Assembly: GCF_028641065.1 (NCBI RefSeq)
Contig: NC_073392.1
Span: 15,314,001-15,378,000 of the forward strand
Source: Leucoraja erinacea
Taxonomy: Eukaryota
DNA length: 64,000 bases
Direction: 5' to 3'
The translations under genes and the position numbers were made by a program. Each line of letters begins with the position of its first letter. Position 1 is the stretch's first letter. Shown in pieces: positions 62,350-64,000 of this stretch. The notes beneath the pieces were generated by a model. That model was not told the origin of the DNA and searched no databases. It saw only the letters and a list, made by a program, of their open reading frames with translations.

Positions 62350-62465
62350 CCTAACTTCTGGGAAGAAGCGGACATGCTAGGAGTTCTCTGAGATGCTGTA
62401 ATGGTGACTATCTTCATGAAAAAAGACAAATCACATTGCAATCGTTACTGAGGGTTCTCTCAGCT
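62350..62465 (+). mobile_element. Ancient LINE (RTE-like) RT N-terminal fragment
   Basis: WEEADMLGVL*DAVMVTIFMKKDKSHCNRY*GFS resembles the DA.IVTIFKKGD...C.NYRGISL motif. Confidence 0.6.
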
Positions 62466-62489
62466 AGCTCCCACAGAGAAAGAGCTCAC

Positions 62490-63037
62490 CAACACCTCTG
62501 CTCAGTCTGCCTAAACCTATCTGATCTCCCGGTTGTTAAATACTTTATCTCCCCCTCCCGTTCCCACACTGACCTATCTGTCCTGGGCCTCTTCCATTGT
62601 CAGAGTGAAGCCTAATGCAAATTGGAGGAACAGCACCTCATTTTTCGCTCGGGCAGCTTACACCCCAGCGGTATGAATATTGACTTCTCTAATCTCAAGT
62701 AACCCTTGCTTTCCCTCTCTCTCCATCCCTCCCCCTTCAGTTCCCCGACCAGGCTGACTGTCTACGGTTACATTTTATCTGTTTGCTGTTTGCTTTTCAC
62801 AGCTAACAATGATCTATTCTACATGTTCCTTGATCTCCATCCCCTTTGTCTCATTTTCACACCTTACATTTCCTTGTCTCTGTACCTCCCTCTCTCCTGA
62901 TTTCAGTCTGGAGAAGGGTCTTATCCAGAAATGTCACCCATTCCTCCTATAGAGGGATGCTGCCTGTCCCGCTGAGTGACTTCAGCATTTTGTGTTTATC
63001 TTCAGTTTAAACCAGCATTTGCAGTTCCTTCCTACAC
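62490..63037 (+). mobile_element. Penelope 3' end (GIY-YIG C-terminus and pLTR)
   Basis: PDLPV..YF....HTDLSVLGL....KLEEQHLIFR.GSL.PSGMNIDFSN, mutated hammerhead motif at 62908-62935. Confidence 0.9.
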
Positions 63038-63199
63038 CCTCCTCAATCACTTCCTTCTAATGGATCAAGCGGCTCTCTCCAAATTGATTCCATCCATTTC
63101 AAGACACAAAGGCCTGAAGACAATATCATCATGCATCAGGTTCAAGAGAGGTGCAAAGAGCAGCATCAAAAATGGCATATCGTCTTTTTATCAACAGAC

Positions 63200-63512
63200 A
63201 GATAGACAGAGTCTTTTTCCCAGGGTGGATATATTAAATACTCTAGGGCTTAAGGTGAGAGGGGAAAGTTTAAAGGTGATTTGCGAGGCAAGCTTTTGTC
63301 ATCAGACCGTGGTAGGTGCCTGAAACACCTTGCCTGGGGAGGTGGTATGATATGATACAAGCATTGGAGAAGCATTTAAACAGACACAAGAACAAGCAGA
63401 GAATTAAGGGACATAAACTATGTGCTGGCAGATGTGATTAGATGGATTAGCATCATGGTCATCATAGACGTGGTGGGTCAAGGGATTTGTCACTCCACTG
63501 TATGTTCTATGC
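63200..63512 (+). mobile_element. Old CR1 3' fragment
   Basis: SLFPRV..KVRGESLK, UTR ending tatgttctatg. Confidence 0.75.
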
Positions 63513-64000
63513 ACTTATGTACCAAGAAGATAGAGGCAATGATTGTGGACATTCTCAAAGCCTGCTGGTTTAAACTGAAGATAAACACAAAAGTGCAATA
63601 ACACATTATTGACTGTTCACATTGCAGAAGAAACATTTGGCATGGCATTGGGAACTTTAAGTCTGGTCACTCAGATCACCGAGACTTCCAGCATAAATGG
63701 CACAAGGTAACGTTATCTCTCAAACCACCACAACCCTGCCCCTTCATCTATCTCCTGTCCCTGCTGTGGCTGAATCTGTGGTTCTTTATTAACCCCAGAA
63801 TCCACAAAACGGAAGTAAAGGCTAGTCCTCCTCAATCTCACAGGGCTGTCTAAAAACTGATGTGTGAAAAATCAGCATCTGTCTATAAAATGAATTATAG
63901 AATATTGATACATTTAGTTCACTTGATTACTCAGGAATGATAAGTGTTTTGGATAGAAGCACAGTTCATCTTTAAATTTCAGAGCCCTGTGCTAGATTCC

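Overview
Vertebrate, repeat-dominated, apparently non-genic DNA (intergenic or deep intronic). The repeat set of V-domain tRNA-SINEs with CR1 tails, abundant CR1, Rex/Babar and Penelope points to a cartilaginous fish, probably a skate or ray (inference). I found no host protein-coding exon I can support, and every recognisable ORF is transposon-derived. The main features are two decayed DIRS1-type tyrosine-recombinase retrotransposons from different subfamilies (2275-5730 and 36295-40869), both with intact ends (left ITR, ICR, right ITR plus extension). Also present: many CR1 and Rex/Babar LINE fragments, about 16 HE1-like SINEs, Penelope fragments with minimal hammerhead-ribozyme-like motifs, PIF/Harbinger-type MITEs (TWA TSD), two hAT non-autonomous elements (8-bp TSD) and a 210-N gap. 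The most interesting signals are: (1) a covarying alternative hairpin that hides the DIRS ICR; (2) a putative 5' mini-intron with an internal anti-donor in both DIRS copies; (3) the hammerhead-like motifs; (4) several short, locally templated duplications. Boundaries of decayed repeats are approximate and read by eye.
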